In this document: in pieces, positions 1 to 13,147 of the stretch
Layout of the letters: each line of letters starts with the position of its first letter
Position numbering within the stretch: position 1 is the stretch's first letter
DNA from: Malacoraja senta
Lineage: Eukaryota
DNA: 64,000 bases
Assembly: GCA_038087875.1 (NCBI GenBank)
Contig: CM075999.1
Location: forward strand, 3,102,001 to 3,166,000
Direction of reading: 5' to 3'
Program-made: the position numbers and the translations under genes
Notes under the pieces: model-generated
What the model was told of the DNA's origin: nothing
What the model saw: the letters and a program-made list of their open reading frames with translations, nothing else
Databases searched by the model: none

Positions 1-154
1 AGAGATCAGCCATGATTGAATGGCGGAGTAGACGCGATTGGCCGAATGGCCTGATCCTACTCCTATAACGTGAACTTGTAAATGTCGGTCACAAAGTGTT
101 GAGGGAACTCAGCGGGTCAGGCAGCATCTCCGGGGAACATGGACATGGGCCCTC

Positions 155-686
155 AGGTCAACGTGCCCCATCTACACTAGTCCCACCTGCCCACAGACCA
201 ACATGCCCCATCTACACTAGTCCCACCTGCCCACCCCAACCCACATGCCCCGTCTACACTAGTCCCACCTGCCCACCCCAACCAACATGCCCCATCTACA
301 CTAGTCCCACCTGCCACAGACCAACATGCCCCATCTACACTAGTCCCACCTGCCCACCCCTACCAACATGCCCCATCTACACTAGTCCCACCTGCCCACA
401 GACCAACATGCCCCATCTACACTAGTCCCACCTGCCCACCCCTACCAACATGCCCCATCTACACTAGTCCCACCTGCCCACAGACCAACATGCCCCATCT
501 ACACTAGTCCCACCTGCCCACAGACCAACATGCCCCATCTACACTAGTCCCACCTGCCCACCCCTACCAACATGCCCCATCTACACTAGTCCCACCTGCC
601 CACCCCGACCAACATGCCCCATCTACACTAGTCCCACCTGCCCACCCCGACCAACATGCCCCATCTACACTAGTCCCACCTGCCCG
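155..686 (+). repeat. Minisatellite, 40-42 bp unit (accaacatgccccatctacactagtcccacctgcccac..), 13 copies, derived from a CR1-type 3' tail
   Basis: Direct count of tctacactagtccc; runs into a minus-strand CR1 3' fragment. Copy B (22834-23108) has 7 units. Confidence 0.95.
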
Positions 687-1090
687 CATTTGGCCCATAT
701 TCCTCTAAACCTGTCCTATCCATGTCCCTGTCTAAATGTTTAAACGTTGCAATAGTCCCAGCCTCAACTACCTCCTCCAGCAGCTCGTTCCATACACCCA
801 CCACCCTTTGTGTGAAAATGTTACCCCTCAGGTACCTTAAAATCTTTCCCCCTTCACCTTGAACCTATGTCCTCTGGCCCTTGATTCCCCTACTCTGGGA
901 AAGAGACTGGGTACATCTGTCCCGATCTATTCCTGCATTTACCCCACCTACCTAGTTTCCGTTTCATGTCGGGACCCTTCTTCAGACAAGTCTTAGTAAT
1001 GGGTGCAATTGATGAAAGTTGAGGAAGATGTGTGCTTAGTGTTGGAGTCTGTTGCTTTAATGCCTCAATTCAAGAGTTGGCAATAATAGG

Positions 1091-1370
1091 GCGCCACGGT
1101 GGCGCAGCGGTAGAGTTGCTGCCTCACAGCGCCAGAGACCCGGGTTCCATCCTGACCACGGGTGCTGTCTGTACGGAGTTTGTACGTTCTCCCCGTGACC
1201 TGCGTGGGTTTCTCCGGGTGCTCCGGTTTCCTCCCGCACTCCAAAGACGTGCAGGTTTGTAGGCTAATTGGCTTTGGTATAATTGTAAATTATAGATCCT
1301 TAGTGTATAGGATCGCTGCAGACTCGGTGGGCCAAAGGGCCTGTTTCCGCACTGTATCTTTGAACTAAAC
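1091..1370 (+). mobile_element. tRNA-derived SINE (HE1/V-SINE-like); representative of dozens of copies and fragments (e.g. 5971-6260+, 11622-11920-, 13165-13500-, 46281-46500+, 51008-51306+, 58544-58940+, 61878-62197-)
   Basis: A-box tggcgcagcgg and B-box-like ggttc(g/c)atcc; central ttctccccgtg..gtgggttttctccgggtgctccggtttcctccc domain; gggccgaagggcctgttt tail shared with CR1-like LINE ends; (aaact)n end. Confidence 0.88.
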
Positions 1371-3752
1371 GGTGTTGTGTTGGTGTTACTCCATAACACT
1401 GTAGACGAGCCTCTCACAAAGCTAGCCCCTGATCTTAACCTTCATTTACTTATTTTCCCCACACAGAGAGTGTGTGTGTGGGGGGGTGTATGGAACGAGC
1501 TGCCAGAGGATGTCGTTGAGGCAGGGACTTTAACAGCATTTAAAAGACATTTTGACAAGTACACAAATAGAAACAAAGAACTGCAGACGCTGGTTTCCAC
1601 CAGAGTTAGACACAAAGTGCTGGAGTAACTCAGCGGGTCAGGCAGCGTCTCTGGAGAAAAAGGATGGGTGACGTTTCGGGTCGAGACCCTTCTTCAGTAT
1701 CTGGTCCAGTCTGGAGAAGGGCACCAACCCAAAACGTCACCTATCCATGTTCTCCACAGATGCTGCCTGACCCGCTGAGTTACTCTGGCACAGTGTACTT
1801 CTGTGCTTTGTAAGCTATACGGAACCACACTACAAATGATAAGGTAGACCAAAATGCTGGAGAAACTCAGCGGGTGCGGCAGCATCTATGGAGCGAAGGA
1901 AATAGGCAACGTTTCGGCCCGAAACCCTTCCGGGTTTCGGCCCGAAACGTTGCCTATTTCCTTCAGGGTTTCGGCCCGAAAGGTTGCCCATTTCCTTCGC
2001 TCCACAGATGCTGCCTGACCCGCTGAGTTACTCCAGCACTCTGTGAAACGTCACCTATCCATGTTCTCCACAGATGCTGCCTGACCCGCTGAGTTACTCC
2101 AGCACTCTGTCTTTTTTTGTAAACCAGCACCTGCAGATTCTTGTATCTCCTAGTCTTCCTGTGTTTGGCGTGGAAATCAAATGTGCAAGCTTCTCTAAAT
2201 AATCAATAAACTGTCTGTTACCAGCAACTTAAAACACATTTGGTGAAAGTAAGTGATTAAAAGTCGACAATGGGATTACGTTTCTCCTGCTGCAGAATGC
2301 TATTTCTGAAATTGGTTTCTGCCCAGTTTAATAGCAGAAGCAACGCATACTCCAAAATCAAGGGCCATATCAGTGATTCTTGCCTATCCCAGACTTGAGA
2401 AGATGTCCCAACCATTGTAACAATGTGACATCTCCACGCCTTCATGTCCATCATTGGATAGGTACACTGATAGGAAAGATTCAGAGGGATAGGGGCCAAA
2501 TCTGAGTCGATTAGATAGGGCATCTTGGTCGGCAGGGATGAGTTGGGCCGAAGGGCCTGTTTTCGTGCTGTGTAATTCTGACTATCTCCTGCATAGAGCC
2601 ATCCAGCACAGAAACAGATTCTTCAGCCTAACTAGCCCTTGCCGACCAAGATGTCTATCCAAGTACTGCCATTTGCCTGCGTTTGGCCCATAACCTCTAA
2701 AACACCTCTGTTCATATACCGGCCTAAATGTTTTTTTAAACATTGTAATTGTGCACGATTCTGGATGAATAGGAGAGTTTCAGAGCGATTTGGGACCAAT
2801 GTATGCAAGTGGGACTAGCTTTAATGGGGCATCTTGGTCGACATGGATGCGATGAGCCAAAGGGCCTGATTTCACTCTGTGTGACTCTATAACGTAACTG
2901 TTTAAGAAGGAACTGCAGATGCTGGAAAAATCGAAGGCAGACAAAAATGCTGGAGAAACTCAGCGGGTGAGGCAGCATCTATGGAGCGAAGGAATAGGTG
3001 ACGTTTCAGGTCGAGACCCTTATTCAGACTGTCAGCCCGAAACGTCGCCTATTCCTTCGCTCCATAAATGCTGCCTCACCTGCTGAGTTTCTCCAGCATT
3101 TTTTGTCTACCTCAGATTCCTATTAAATCTTTTCCCCTTCACATTGAACCTAAGTCCTCTGGCCCTCGATTCCCCTACTCTGGGCAAGAGACTTTGTGCG
3201 TCTACCCGATCTACTCCCCTCATGAGTCTCGACCCGAAACGTCGCCTATTCCTTCGCTCCATAGATGCTGCCTCACCCGCTGAGTTTCTCCAACATTTTG
3301 GTCTACCTTCTATAACTTAACTGAGCAGGTTAGGGACAGAGGCACGTGGGCATCCATTGTGCATTCGTGACTTTCTCTCTCTCTCTCTCTCACTCTCACC
3401 CAGTGTACACAATGTGAGAATTTTAACGTGTCGTTGAGGCCACAAGCGAATGGCAATCACCGCCAACACTAAAAAATACTGCAGCCACTGGAAATTCTGA
3501 TTAAATTCATTGAAGTCCACTGTAAACAGTTTCTCTCGCTGTGGAGGCTGTCTGGTCTGCTGACAATGCCCAGCCTCTCTTGGCTTATCTCGGCAGTTCC
3601 AACGGGAGAGAGAAATATGTAACAAAAAAAATAAAATAACAGATATAAATTGGCAGACAGAAATATGGCTGATAAACGACAGCGATATCTGGAGTAGGAA
3701 GGAACTGCAGATGCTGGTTTAAACTGAAGACACACACAAAAAGCTGGAGTAA

Positions 3753-3988
3753 AGGCCTGTCCCATTTGGCGATTTTTTTCGGCGACTGCCAGCACCATTG
3801 ACTGACGTATCAGGTCACCGAAAAATACGCGGCGTGATGGCGTATTGACGCGCGGTGTTTTTCCAAGTGTTGCAACTTTTTTTTTTGTCGCCCCCCCCTG
3901 CTGGATTTTGAAATGTTCAAAATCTTTTGGCCAACCTGATATGACTCCGGCAGTCCCTGAAAAAAAATCGCCAAGTGGGACAGGCCCT
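3753..3988. mobile_element. PIF/Harbinger-like MITE (also ~26138-26372)
   Basis: TIRs ggcctgtcccatttggcgattttttt / aaaaaaatcgccaagtgggacaggcc; TAA on both sides; splits the ctggagtaactcagc motif of a Penelope-derived repeat. Confidence 0.8.
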
Positions 3989-4415
3989 TAACTCAGCGGG
4001 ACAGGCAGCGCATCTCTGGAGAGAAGGAACGGGCGACGTTTCGGGTCGAGACCCTTCTTCAGACTCGACCTGAAATGTCACCCATTCCTTCTCTCCAAGG
4101 GATGCTGCCTGTCCCGCCGAATTTGTGTCCATCGGCGATATCTGGAGTGTTTGCTTAATACATTTCATCTCAGTTGGATGGAAACGTCAGTCTGGTTCGG
4201 AAGAAGACGGTCCTTGTCCAAGGCTGTTTCTCCGTTGCCATGTTTCAATGGAGCAGGGATCGATCCTGCCTTCAGCTTATGCTTAATCCGTGGGCCAGAA
4301 TCCAGGAAATACCCTCCGCGGCTGAAGGCGTAGAGTTTTATTCCCCCATTGTCGTGTTTCGTGCTGTGGGAGGGCAGGGGGTGGGGGGGGCGTTTCAGGC
4401 TGATCGAGTCCACGC

Positions 4416-4541
4416 TCAGAACTTGCCCAACTTGAGTCTGTCGATGTGGAAGCAGATTTTCAGGGCCGGCCCCAGCTTGAGTCCCATGTATTTCATCATC
4501 ATGTCACTCCGTAGCAACAACAAGGCCTTGCCGTCGATCTC
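4416..4541 (-). CDS. SCMH1: SCMH1 last coding exon (copy A), SAM C-terminal half, intact
   Basis: Same translation as 26800-26925; cag acceptor; TGA at 4416-4418. Confidence 0.9.
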   Translation of the reverse strand, partial: EIDGKALLLLRSDMMMKYMGLKLGPALKICFHIDRLKLGKF

Positions 4542-7500
4542 CTGCCGACAACAACATTGAACACTCTGTTAGATCGAGGTCATCAGTGATAGGGGATCAA
4601 TTAGGCCAAGTCTACTCCGCCATTCAATCATGGATGATCAATCTCTTCCCCCCCCCCCCCAACCCCATTCTCCTGCCTTCTCCCCAAAACCCCCGAGGAA
4701 ATGGAGAGAAAGGCAGGAACGGGGTACAGATTGGGATGATCAGCCATGTTCACATTGAATGGCGGTGCTGGCTCGAAGGGCCGAATGGCCTACTCCTGCA
4801 CCTATTGTCTACTGTCTATTGTCTATTGAAACCCTTCAAGGAAATAGGCAACGTTTCAGGCCGAAGCTATTCTTCAGACTGGAGGAAATAGGCAACGTTT
4901 TGGGCCGAAACCCTTTGGGTTTCGGCCCGAAACGTCGCCTATTTCCTTCGCTCCATAGATCGAAACATAGAAACATAGAAAATAGGTGCAGGAGTAGGCC
5001 ATTCGGCCCTTCGAGCCTGAACGGGGTACTGATTGGGGATGATCAGCCATGATCACATTGAATGGCGGTGCTGGCTCAAAGGGCCAAATGGCCTACTCCT
5101 GCACCTATTGCCTATTGCCACCCGTACTAATCAAGAATCTATCTATCTCTGCCTTAAAAATATCCACTGACTTGGCCTCCACGGCCTTTTGTGCCAAAGA
5201 ATTCCACAGATCAAAGAAATTCCTCCTCATCTCCTTCCTAAAGGAATGTCCTTTAATTCTGAGGCTCCCTCTGGTCCTAGACTCTCCAACTAGTGGAAAC
5301 ATCCTCTCCACATCCACTCTATCCAGGTCTTTCCATGGTTTCTCTCCTGTGTGGGAAGGAATTGCAGATGCTAGTTTAGTTTAGTGGTGTAGCGTGGAAA
5401 CAGGCCCTTCAGCCCATCGAGTTTGTGCCGACCAGCAATCACCAGTATTGATTGATTTATGAACCCAGAGACATGGGTTTGATCCTGACAACGGGTGCTG
5501 TCTGTACGGAGTTTGCACGCTCTTCCTGTGACCGCGTGGGTTTTCTCTGGGTGCTCCGGTTTCCTTGCTCCACCCCACACACTGGGGACAATTGACAGAA
5601 ACCAATTAACGTACAAACCTGTACGTCTTTGGGGTGTGGGAGGAAACCGGAGCTCCTGCAGAACGGAGGGAGTACTAAACAGAGAGAACGTGCAAACTCC
5701 GTACAGACAGCACCCGTAGTCAGGATCGAACCGGGGTCTCTGGAAGCATCTCTGGAGAGAAGGAATGACGTTATGGGTCAGAACCCTTCTTCAGTCTGGA
5801 AGAAGAGGGGGGGGTGGGGGGCGGAGGAAACTGGAGGTAGAAAAAGGCCAGAACAAATGAAGGCCTGCAACGGTTGACCAAGGAAGGGTGGAGCTCACAA
5901 TGGTCTATTGTTGGCGGGGGGGCAACAATGCAGAATTCATGAAGCTGGTAATCAAGAAGATCGCCAGGGCTGGCACGGTGGCGCAGCGGTAGAGTTGCTG
6001 CCTCACAGCGCCAGAGACCCAGGTTCCATCCTGACTACGGGTCCTGTCTGTATGGAGTTTGTACGTTCTCCCCCTGACCCGCGTGGGTTTTCTCCGGGTG
6101 CTCCGGTTTCCTCCCACACTCCAAAGACGTGCAGGTTTGTAGGTTAATTGGCCTCTGTAAATTGTCCCTAGTGTGTGTAGGATGGAACTAGTGTAGGGGT
6201 GAGCGCTGGTCGGCACGGACCCGGTGGGCCGAAGGGCCCGTTTCCTTCCACGCTCTCTGTATCTCCAAGCAACGAAGGGGTGAAAGATGCCAAACTTTAT
6301 ATAACTGCACAATCGCACGTTTAAATCTCTGGCGAAAGTTCAAATCCCGCAAATCATTTGCAATATTCCTCAAATGTCGTTAAGACGGGAGGATTAATGT
6401 TGCTTGCCTTTGATATGCCCACTGCCTTGTTGTGACTTGACGTAAAGCAGGCTGCAGTTGTACAGGAATGTCACGAGCTGCACTAAACTAGTTCTCCAAC
6501 AAACCCTCTTTGAACATGGCAAAGGACAAACTGGTTTTCATGTGGCCGGTATGATTAATGCAAGCGGCATAAACAATGGGGCTGCATGCATTACCAACCT
6601 TAACTTTCTGTGAGAACGTTGCTTTTCAATCTCTACACAAATTAATATTATTGACAACCAGTCTGTGTGCGGGGAACCTCCTGAGGGGGCGAAGGACGCA
6701 GACACAAGGAACTGCAGGTGCTGGCTTACAACAACAAAAATGACACTGTGCAGGAGTAACTCAACGGGTCAGGCAGTATCTCTGTAGAACATTGGTCGGA
6801 GTCGACCCTTCTTCAGACTATTGGGGGGGGGGGTGGAGGGAGAGAGAAAGCTGGAAGAGAGGTGGGGCAGGTCAAAGTCTGGCAGGTAATAGGTTTTTAC
6901 AGGTGAGGTATATATATATTTTTTGATGGGCAGATGGCTGGACAAAGGCCGGAGATGAAAAGATGAAAGATGCACGAGAGGCAGAGAAGAGGGACGAGTT
7001 GTGAAGCCAGAGGGAGGAATATAGATGGACGTGGACAATGGACAATAGGTGCAGGACTAGGCATTTGGCCCTTCGAGCCAGCACCTCCATTCAATGTGAT
7101 CATGGCTGATCATCCCCAATCAGTACCCCGTTCCTGCCTTCTCCCCATATCCCTTGACTCCGCTATTTAGCTCTCTCTTGAAAGCATCCAGTGAACTGGC
7201 CTCCACCGCCCTCTGAGGCAGAGAATTACACCCCCCCATTGAACAAATGGGTGAGTCCAGGTGGGGCAGAGTGAAGTTGGGGGGGGGGGGAGGTGGAGGT
7301 GGAGGGAGAGGGGGGAGGGGAGGGGAGAAAGTAAGGGTAGTTTGTAAATTAATCGCCTACATTTGGACGATTCAATAGCGATGGCTTGTCCAAATGTTTT
7401 TTTTAACAAGGCAAGGGCTGCATCATAAGATCAAGATTACAAAACTTGGAAATCAAAGAGTCTCTTGCCCAGAGTCGGGGAGTCAAGAACCAGAGCACAT

Positions 7501-7696
7501 TGGTTTAAGGTGAAGGGGGAGAAACATAATACGATCCTGAGGGGTAACTTTTTTACACAAAGGGTGGTGGGTGCATGGAACGAGCTGACGGAGGAGGTAG
7601 TTGAAGCTGGGACTATCCCAACGTTTAATAAACATTTGGACAGGTAAATGGATAGAACAGGTTTAGAGGGATATGGGTCAAACGCAGGCAGGTGGG

Positions 7697-7975
7697 ATTA
7701 GTGTAGATGGGACATGTTGGTCAGTGTGGGCAGGTTGGGCTGAAGGGCCTGTTCCGTGCTGGGTGAGTCCATGATGAGTGTAGATGGGACATGTTGGTCG
7801 GTATGGGCAGGTTGATTTCTGTGCTGGGTGAGTCTATGACGAGTGTAGATGGGACATGTTGGTCGGTATGGGCAGGTTGGGCCGAAGGGCCTGTTTCTGT
7901 GCTGGGTGAGTCTATGACGAGTGTGGATGGGGGCAGGTTGGGCCGAAGGGCCTGTGTCCGTGCTAGCTGACTCTA
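7697..7975 (+). repeat. Tandem amplification (~3.5 copies, 65-80 bp) of a CR1-type 3' tail (also ~30080-30358)
   Basis: Repeated agtgtagatgggacatgttggtc..gtgctgggtgagtctatga directly after a CR1 ORF2 end. Confidence 0.8.
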
Positions 7976-7991
7976 CGATCTGCGGACATAC

Positions 7992-8137
7992 GTGTTTCCG
8001 GAAGAGGTCAGCGTGGGGGCCCAGAGAGAGTGGGTCGGCATCCCGAACAAACTGCATCACGTCCTCCACTGCCCAGCTGGACGGGTCCCTGCTGGCCATC
8101 CGAGGAACATCCCGAGCCCCACTGAACCTCTCCGAGC
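7992..8137 (-). CDS. SCMH1: SCMH1 exon (copy A), SAM N-terminal half, intact
   Basis: 146 nt, tag/gt boundaries, same as 30375-30520. Confidence 0.9.
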
Positions 8138-9226
8138 CTAGGGGGGAAGAAAATCACACAAGAAATTAAATAGCAGCAGACTCGGGGAACTGCAGACGCC
8201 GCCGGCATCTCGAGCAAACCACAAAGTGCTGGAGGAACTGGGTCAGGCGCAGCAGCGGTAGAGCTGCTGCCTCACAGCGCCAGAGACCCGGGTTCCATCC
8301 TGACTACGGGTGCTGTCTGAATCTGTACGGAGTTGGCACGCGATCTCCCCACGACTGGTTTTCTCCGGGTGCTCCGGTTTCCTCCCGCACTCCAAAGACG
8401 CACAAGTTTGTCGGCTAATTGGCTTTGGTAAAAAAATAAATGAATTGTCCCTAGTGTGGTGTTAGTGTACGGGGATCGCTGGTCGGCACGGACTCGGTGG
8501 GCCGAAGGGCCTGTTTCCGCGCTGTCTCATTAAAGTGTAAAATAAAGCATCTGTGGATGGAATGGACAGACAATGTCTCAGGTCAGGTCTCACCCCTCCC
8601 TCTTGTCCACCACCCCCCACCCCCCCCCATCTTTATATTTCACTCCTCCTCTTCTCTCCTCACCTCACCCCCTTTTGTCTCATTTACACCTCTGCTTTAA
8701 GTCACTTACTCCACCAATCACCCCCCCTCCTCTCACCTGTATCCACCTATCACTCACCTGAGTTTGCCCCACCCCCCCACTTCATTTCTAGCTCTCCCCA
8801 CCCCCCCATTCAATCAGTGCGAAGAAGGGTCCCGTCCAAAAACGCCACTGTCCATTCCCCCCACAGATGCTGCCTGACCCACTGAGTTTTCTGCATTGCT
8901 TATCATTCTGAATATTTTGTTTCCATTTTCACAAATGTGAGTGAACACATTTTGATCTGATACCAGAGGCAGTGCAATGCGATAGTCACACACTGTATGA
9001 CTCAAATTCTGATTTCAACTTTAAAAAATATAATAATCTTGTTGATGTTACCCTTTGGAGAGGTGACTCATGGAAACCAAAATGACCACAGTTCAAGGTG
9101 TTGCGGGAAATGTTTTAGTTTAGTTTAGCACGGAAACAGGCCCTTCGGCTCACCGAGTCGGTGTAAGTGTGACTAAGAGGCGGAAATTGCCCTCTACTCA
9201 CCATCAACTCCACCCACACTACACGC

Positions 9227-9706
9227 TGACAATAGACAATAGGTGCAGGAGTAGGCCATTCGGCCCTTCGAGCCAGCACCGCCATTCAATGTGATCATGG
9301 CTGATCATCCCCAATCAGTACCCCGTTCCTGCCTTCTCCCCATATCCCCTGACTCTGCTATCTTTAAGAGCCCTATCTAGCTCTCTCTTGAAAGTATCCA
9401 GAGAACCGGCCTCCACCGCCGTCTGAGGCAGAGAATTCCACAGACTCACAACTCTCTGTGAGAAAAAGTGTTTCCTTGTCTCCGTTCTAAATGGCTTACA
9501 CCTTATTCTTAAACTGTGTGGCCCCTGGTTTTGGACTCCCCCAACATCGGGAAAATTTTTCCTGCCTCTAGCGTGTCCAAGCCCTTAATAATCTTATATG
9601 TTTCAATAAGATTCCCTCTCATCCTTCTAAACTCCAGAGTGTACAAGCCCAGCCGCACCATTCTCTCAGCATATGACAGTCCCACTATCCCGGGAATTAA
9701 CCTTGT
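9227..9706 (-). mobile_element. CR1-clade LINE 3' fragment (also ~31592-32071)
   Basis: ORF2 C-terminal motifs and the conserved aatggcctactcctgcacctatt tail. Confidence 0.85.
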
Positions 9707-10363
9707 AGCTGACTTGGAAAAAGCAATCTATATAATCAAAGACTTATCCCACCCCGGTCATTCCTTCTTCTCCCCGCTCCCGTCCGGCAGAAGGTACAGA
9801 AGCTTGAAAGCTCGCTCCACCAGACTCAGGAACAGCTTCTTCCCCTCTGTTATCAGGCTTCTGAACGGTCCTTCCATAAGCTAGGGTACTGTCCGATTCA
9901 CCTCTACCCCATTGCGGACATTGGACTTTGTCTCTGGAACTGATGCGCTACAATGCTGAGAACTATATTCTGTGTAGGAAGGAACTGCAGATGCTGGTTT
10001 AAACCAAAGATAGGCACAAAAAGCTGGAGTAACTCAGCGGGTCAGGCAGCATCTCTGGAGAGAAGGAATGGGTGACGTTTTGGGTCGAGACCCTTCTTCA
10101 TACTGAGAGTCAGGGGAAAGCGAAATTCGATTCTTTATTCTGAACCATATTCTGTACTCTGTGTCTTCCCCTTTGCTGTCGACTCTGACTCGATTGTATT
10201 CATGGATGGTAATATCGAGCCTGAAGAAGTATCTCGACCAATAACATCACCCATTCCTTCTCTCCAGAGATGCTGCCTGTCCCGCTGAGTTACTCCAGCA
10301 TTTTGTGTCTATCTTTGGTAATATCTGATCTGTTTTGCTAGCGCATGAAGCCAAGTTTTAGAC

Positions 10364-11369
10364 CAGGGGTGGGCAACCTTGTTCTACATAGGGGCCAGGA
10401 CGTATGTCTGTGAGCAGATGGCGGGCCACATCTATCACATGTACACATGGTTCCCACCCCCATCCCACCCCGGATGGCAGGCATCAAATCACGTGTTCAC
10501 AGAAGGTAGACAAATCTGCTGGAGAATCCTCGCATAGAAACATAGAAAATAGGTGCAGGAGGCCATTCGGCCCTTCGAGCCAGCACTGCCATTCATTGTG
10601 ATCATGGCTGATCGTCCCCAATCAATAACCCGTGCCTGCCTTCCCCCATATCCCTTGACTCCACTAGCCCCTAGAGCTCTATCTAACTCTCTCTTGAATC
10701 CATCTAGTGATTTGGCCTCCACTGCCCTCTGTGGCAGGGAATTCCATAAATTCACAACTCTCTGGGTGAAAAAGTTTTCAGTCTTAAATGGCCTCCCCTT
10801 TATTCTAAGATTGTGGCCCCTGGTTCTGGACTCGCCCAACATTGGGAACATTTTTTCCTGCATCTAGCTTGTCCAGTCCTTTTATAATTTTATATGTTTC
10901 GATAAGATCCCCCCTCATCCTTCTAAACTCCAGTGAATACAAGCCTAGTCTTCTCAATCTTTCCTCATATGACAGTCCCGCCATCCCAGGGATCAATCTC
11001 GTGAACCTACGCTGCACTGCCTCAATCACAAGGATGTCCTTCCTCCAAATTAGGAGACCAAACTGTACACAATACTCCAGATGTGGTCTCACCAGAGCTC
11101 TATACATCTGCAGAAGAACCTCTTTACTCCTATACTGAAATCCTCTTGTTATGAAGGCCAACATTCCATTAGCTTTCTCCACTGCCTGCTGTACCTGCAC
11201 GCCAACTTTCAGTCTCACCCGTTGAGTTTCTCCAGCATTCTTGTCTACCTTCGCTTTTTCCAGCATCTGCAGTTCTTTCTGAAACGCGTTCACAGAAGGT
11301 GCCCGCGCCGCTGCTTTGCCGCCCGGGGCCGCAGGTTGCCGGCCCGGGGCCGTAGGTTGCCGGCCCCTG
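10364..11369. mobile_element. hAT/Charlie-like non-autonomous DNA transposon, interrupted by nested insertions
   Basis: caggggtgggcaacct ... aggttgccggcccctg TIRs with 2 mismatches; 8-bp flanks ttttagac/ctttaagc match only partly. Confidence 0.6.
10533..11212 (-). mobile_element. CR1-clade LINE ORF2 3' fragment (copy B ~32898-33585 is frame-intact)
   Basis: [53 protein letters not shown]. Confidence 0.92.
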
Positions 11370-11395
11370 CTTTAAGCTGTGGTGTGAAACGTTAC

Positions 11396-11596
11396 CTCCA
11401 GAGCTGTGCCGGCGGAAGGAGGCGGCCCCGGTTTGCGTGAGGCTCATCGAGTGCTGCAGTGACCGGTACGATCGGAACTCCTTGGAGTTGCGACTCATGG
11501 GGCTGGTGGGCGTTATGGAGTTCAGGGCAGAATCCATGGGATCCAGGCGGTGGTCCGCGGGGCCTGGGTGGCCGTCCTCCAGGATAAACGTCTCCC
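11396..11596 (-). CDS. SCMH1: SCMH1 exon (copy A), Ser/Pro-rich linker, intact
   Basis: 201 nt, cag/gt boundaries, same as 33773-33973. Confidence 0.87.
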
Positions 11597-11967
11597 CTGG
11601 GGGCAAGAAACCATCCAGCATTAGTTTAGTTTAGAGAGACGGCGCAGAAACAGGCCACTCGGCCCACCAACCAGCGATCCCCGCACACTAACCCTATCCA
11701 ACACACACCTAGGGAAAACTTACATTTATTTTTACCAAAGCCAATTCACCTACAAACCTGCACGTCTTTGGAGTCGGGGAGAAAACCAAAGTTCTCGGAG
11801 AAAACTAACGCGGTCACGGGGAAAACGTACAAACTCCGTACAGACAGCACCTGTAGTCGGGATCGAACCCGGGTCTCCGGGGCTGTGAGGCAGCAACTCT
11901 ACCGCTGCGCCACCGTGCCGTCCCTACTTATTAACCTGACTGATAATCATAACATTAATCATCAAAA

Positions 11968-12494
11968 TCTGAGGAAGGACATTCTTGCCATAGAGGGAGT
12001 ACAGAGAAGGTTCACCAGACTGATTCCTGGGATGGCAGGACTTTCATATGAAGAAAGACTGAATAGACTTGGCTTACACTCGCTAGAATTTAGGAGATTG
12101 AGAGGGGATCTTATAGAAACGTACAAAATTCTTATGGGGTTGGACAGGCTAGATGCAGGAAGATTGTTCCCGATGTTGGGGAAGTCCAGGACAAGGGGTC
12201 ACAGCTTAAGGATAAGGGGGAAATCCTTTAAGACCGAGATGAGGAAAAACGTTTTCACACAGAGAGTGGTGAATCTCTGGAACTCTCCGTCACAGAGGGT
12301 AGTTGAGGCCAGTTCATTGGCTATATTTAAGAGGGAGTTAGATGTGGCCCTTGTGGCTAAAGGGATCAGGGGTATGGAGAGAAGGCAGGTACGGGGATAC
12401 TGAGTTGGATGATCAGCCATGATCATATTGAATGGCGGTGCAGGGCTCAAAGGGCCGAATGGCCTACTCCTGCACCTATTTTCTATGTATCTAT
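11968..12494 (+). mobile_element. CR1-clade LINE 3' fragment (also ~34335-34858)
   Basis: IEGVQRRFTRLIPGM..RGDLIETYKI..QRVVNLWNS; microsatellite tail. Confidence 0.9.
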
Positions 12495-13016
12495 AACTGG
12501 TGTGGCGCAGCGGTAGAGTTGCTGCCTCACAGCGTCAAAGACCCGGGTTCGATCCCGACTCTGGGTGCTGTCTGTACGTAGTTTGTATGTTCTCCCCGTG
12601 ACCTGCGTGGGTTTTCTCCGGGTGCTCCGGTTTCCCACCAGCTTCTGCCATGACTTGTTTCCACACACATCTCTCCCGCTACCTTCAGGTAGAAGATACA
12701 GGAGCCTGAAGACTGCAACGACCAGGTTCAGGAATAGCTACTTCCCCACACAGCCATCAGGCTATTAAACTTGGCTCGGACAAAACTCTGAACATTAATA
12801 GCCCATTATCTGTTATTTGCGCTTTATCTGTTTTATTTATTCATGTGCGTATATACAGTATTTATATAATGGTATCCCTGGACACACTGATCTGTTTTGT
12901 AGTCAATGCCTTTCTATGTTCTGTTGTGCTGAAGCAAAGCAAGAATTTCATTGTCCTATCAGGGACACATGACAATAAACTCTCTTGACGTCTCTTGACA
13001 TTGGCATCAAACTTAC

Positions 13017-13147
13017 CTTCACAGGGATGCGGGTCAGTTTTGGAAACTTTGGGTGATAGTGGTGCACTGTAGGGTAGGGCATCTGGTGTGTACCTCTTAG
13101 TCCTTCTTTCAACACCCTGAACACCTCTCCCGGCCCATTCATATTCC
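13017..13147 (-). CDS. SCMH1: SCMH1 132-nt exon, copy A; 131 nt here because of a 1-nt homopolymer deletion
   Basis: atattccc vs copy B atatttccc; same splice sites. Confidence 0.72.

Noticed and set aside
155..686. CRISPR-like regular repeats (also 59783-60112)
   Set aside because: Head-to-tail tandem units with no unique spacers, no cas genes, and a vertebrate context.
1091..1170. tRNA genes
   Set aside because: The tRNA-like heads continue into SINE body and tail, so they are SINEs rather than tRNAs.
12948..13142. ORF MNGPGEVFRV...
   Set aside because: Wrong-frame reading of the 132-nt SCMH1 exon.
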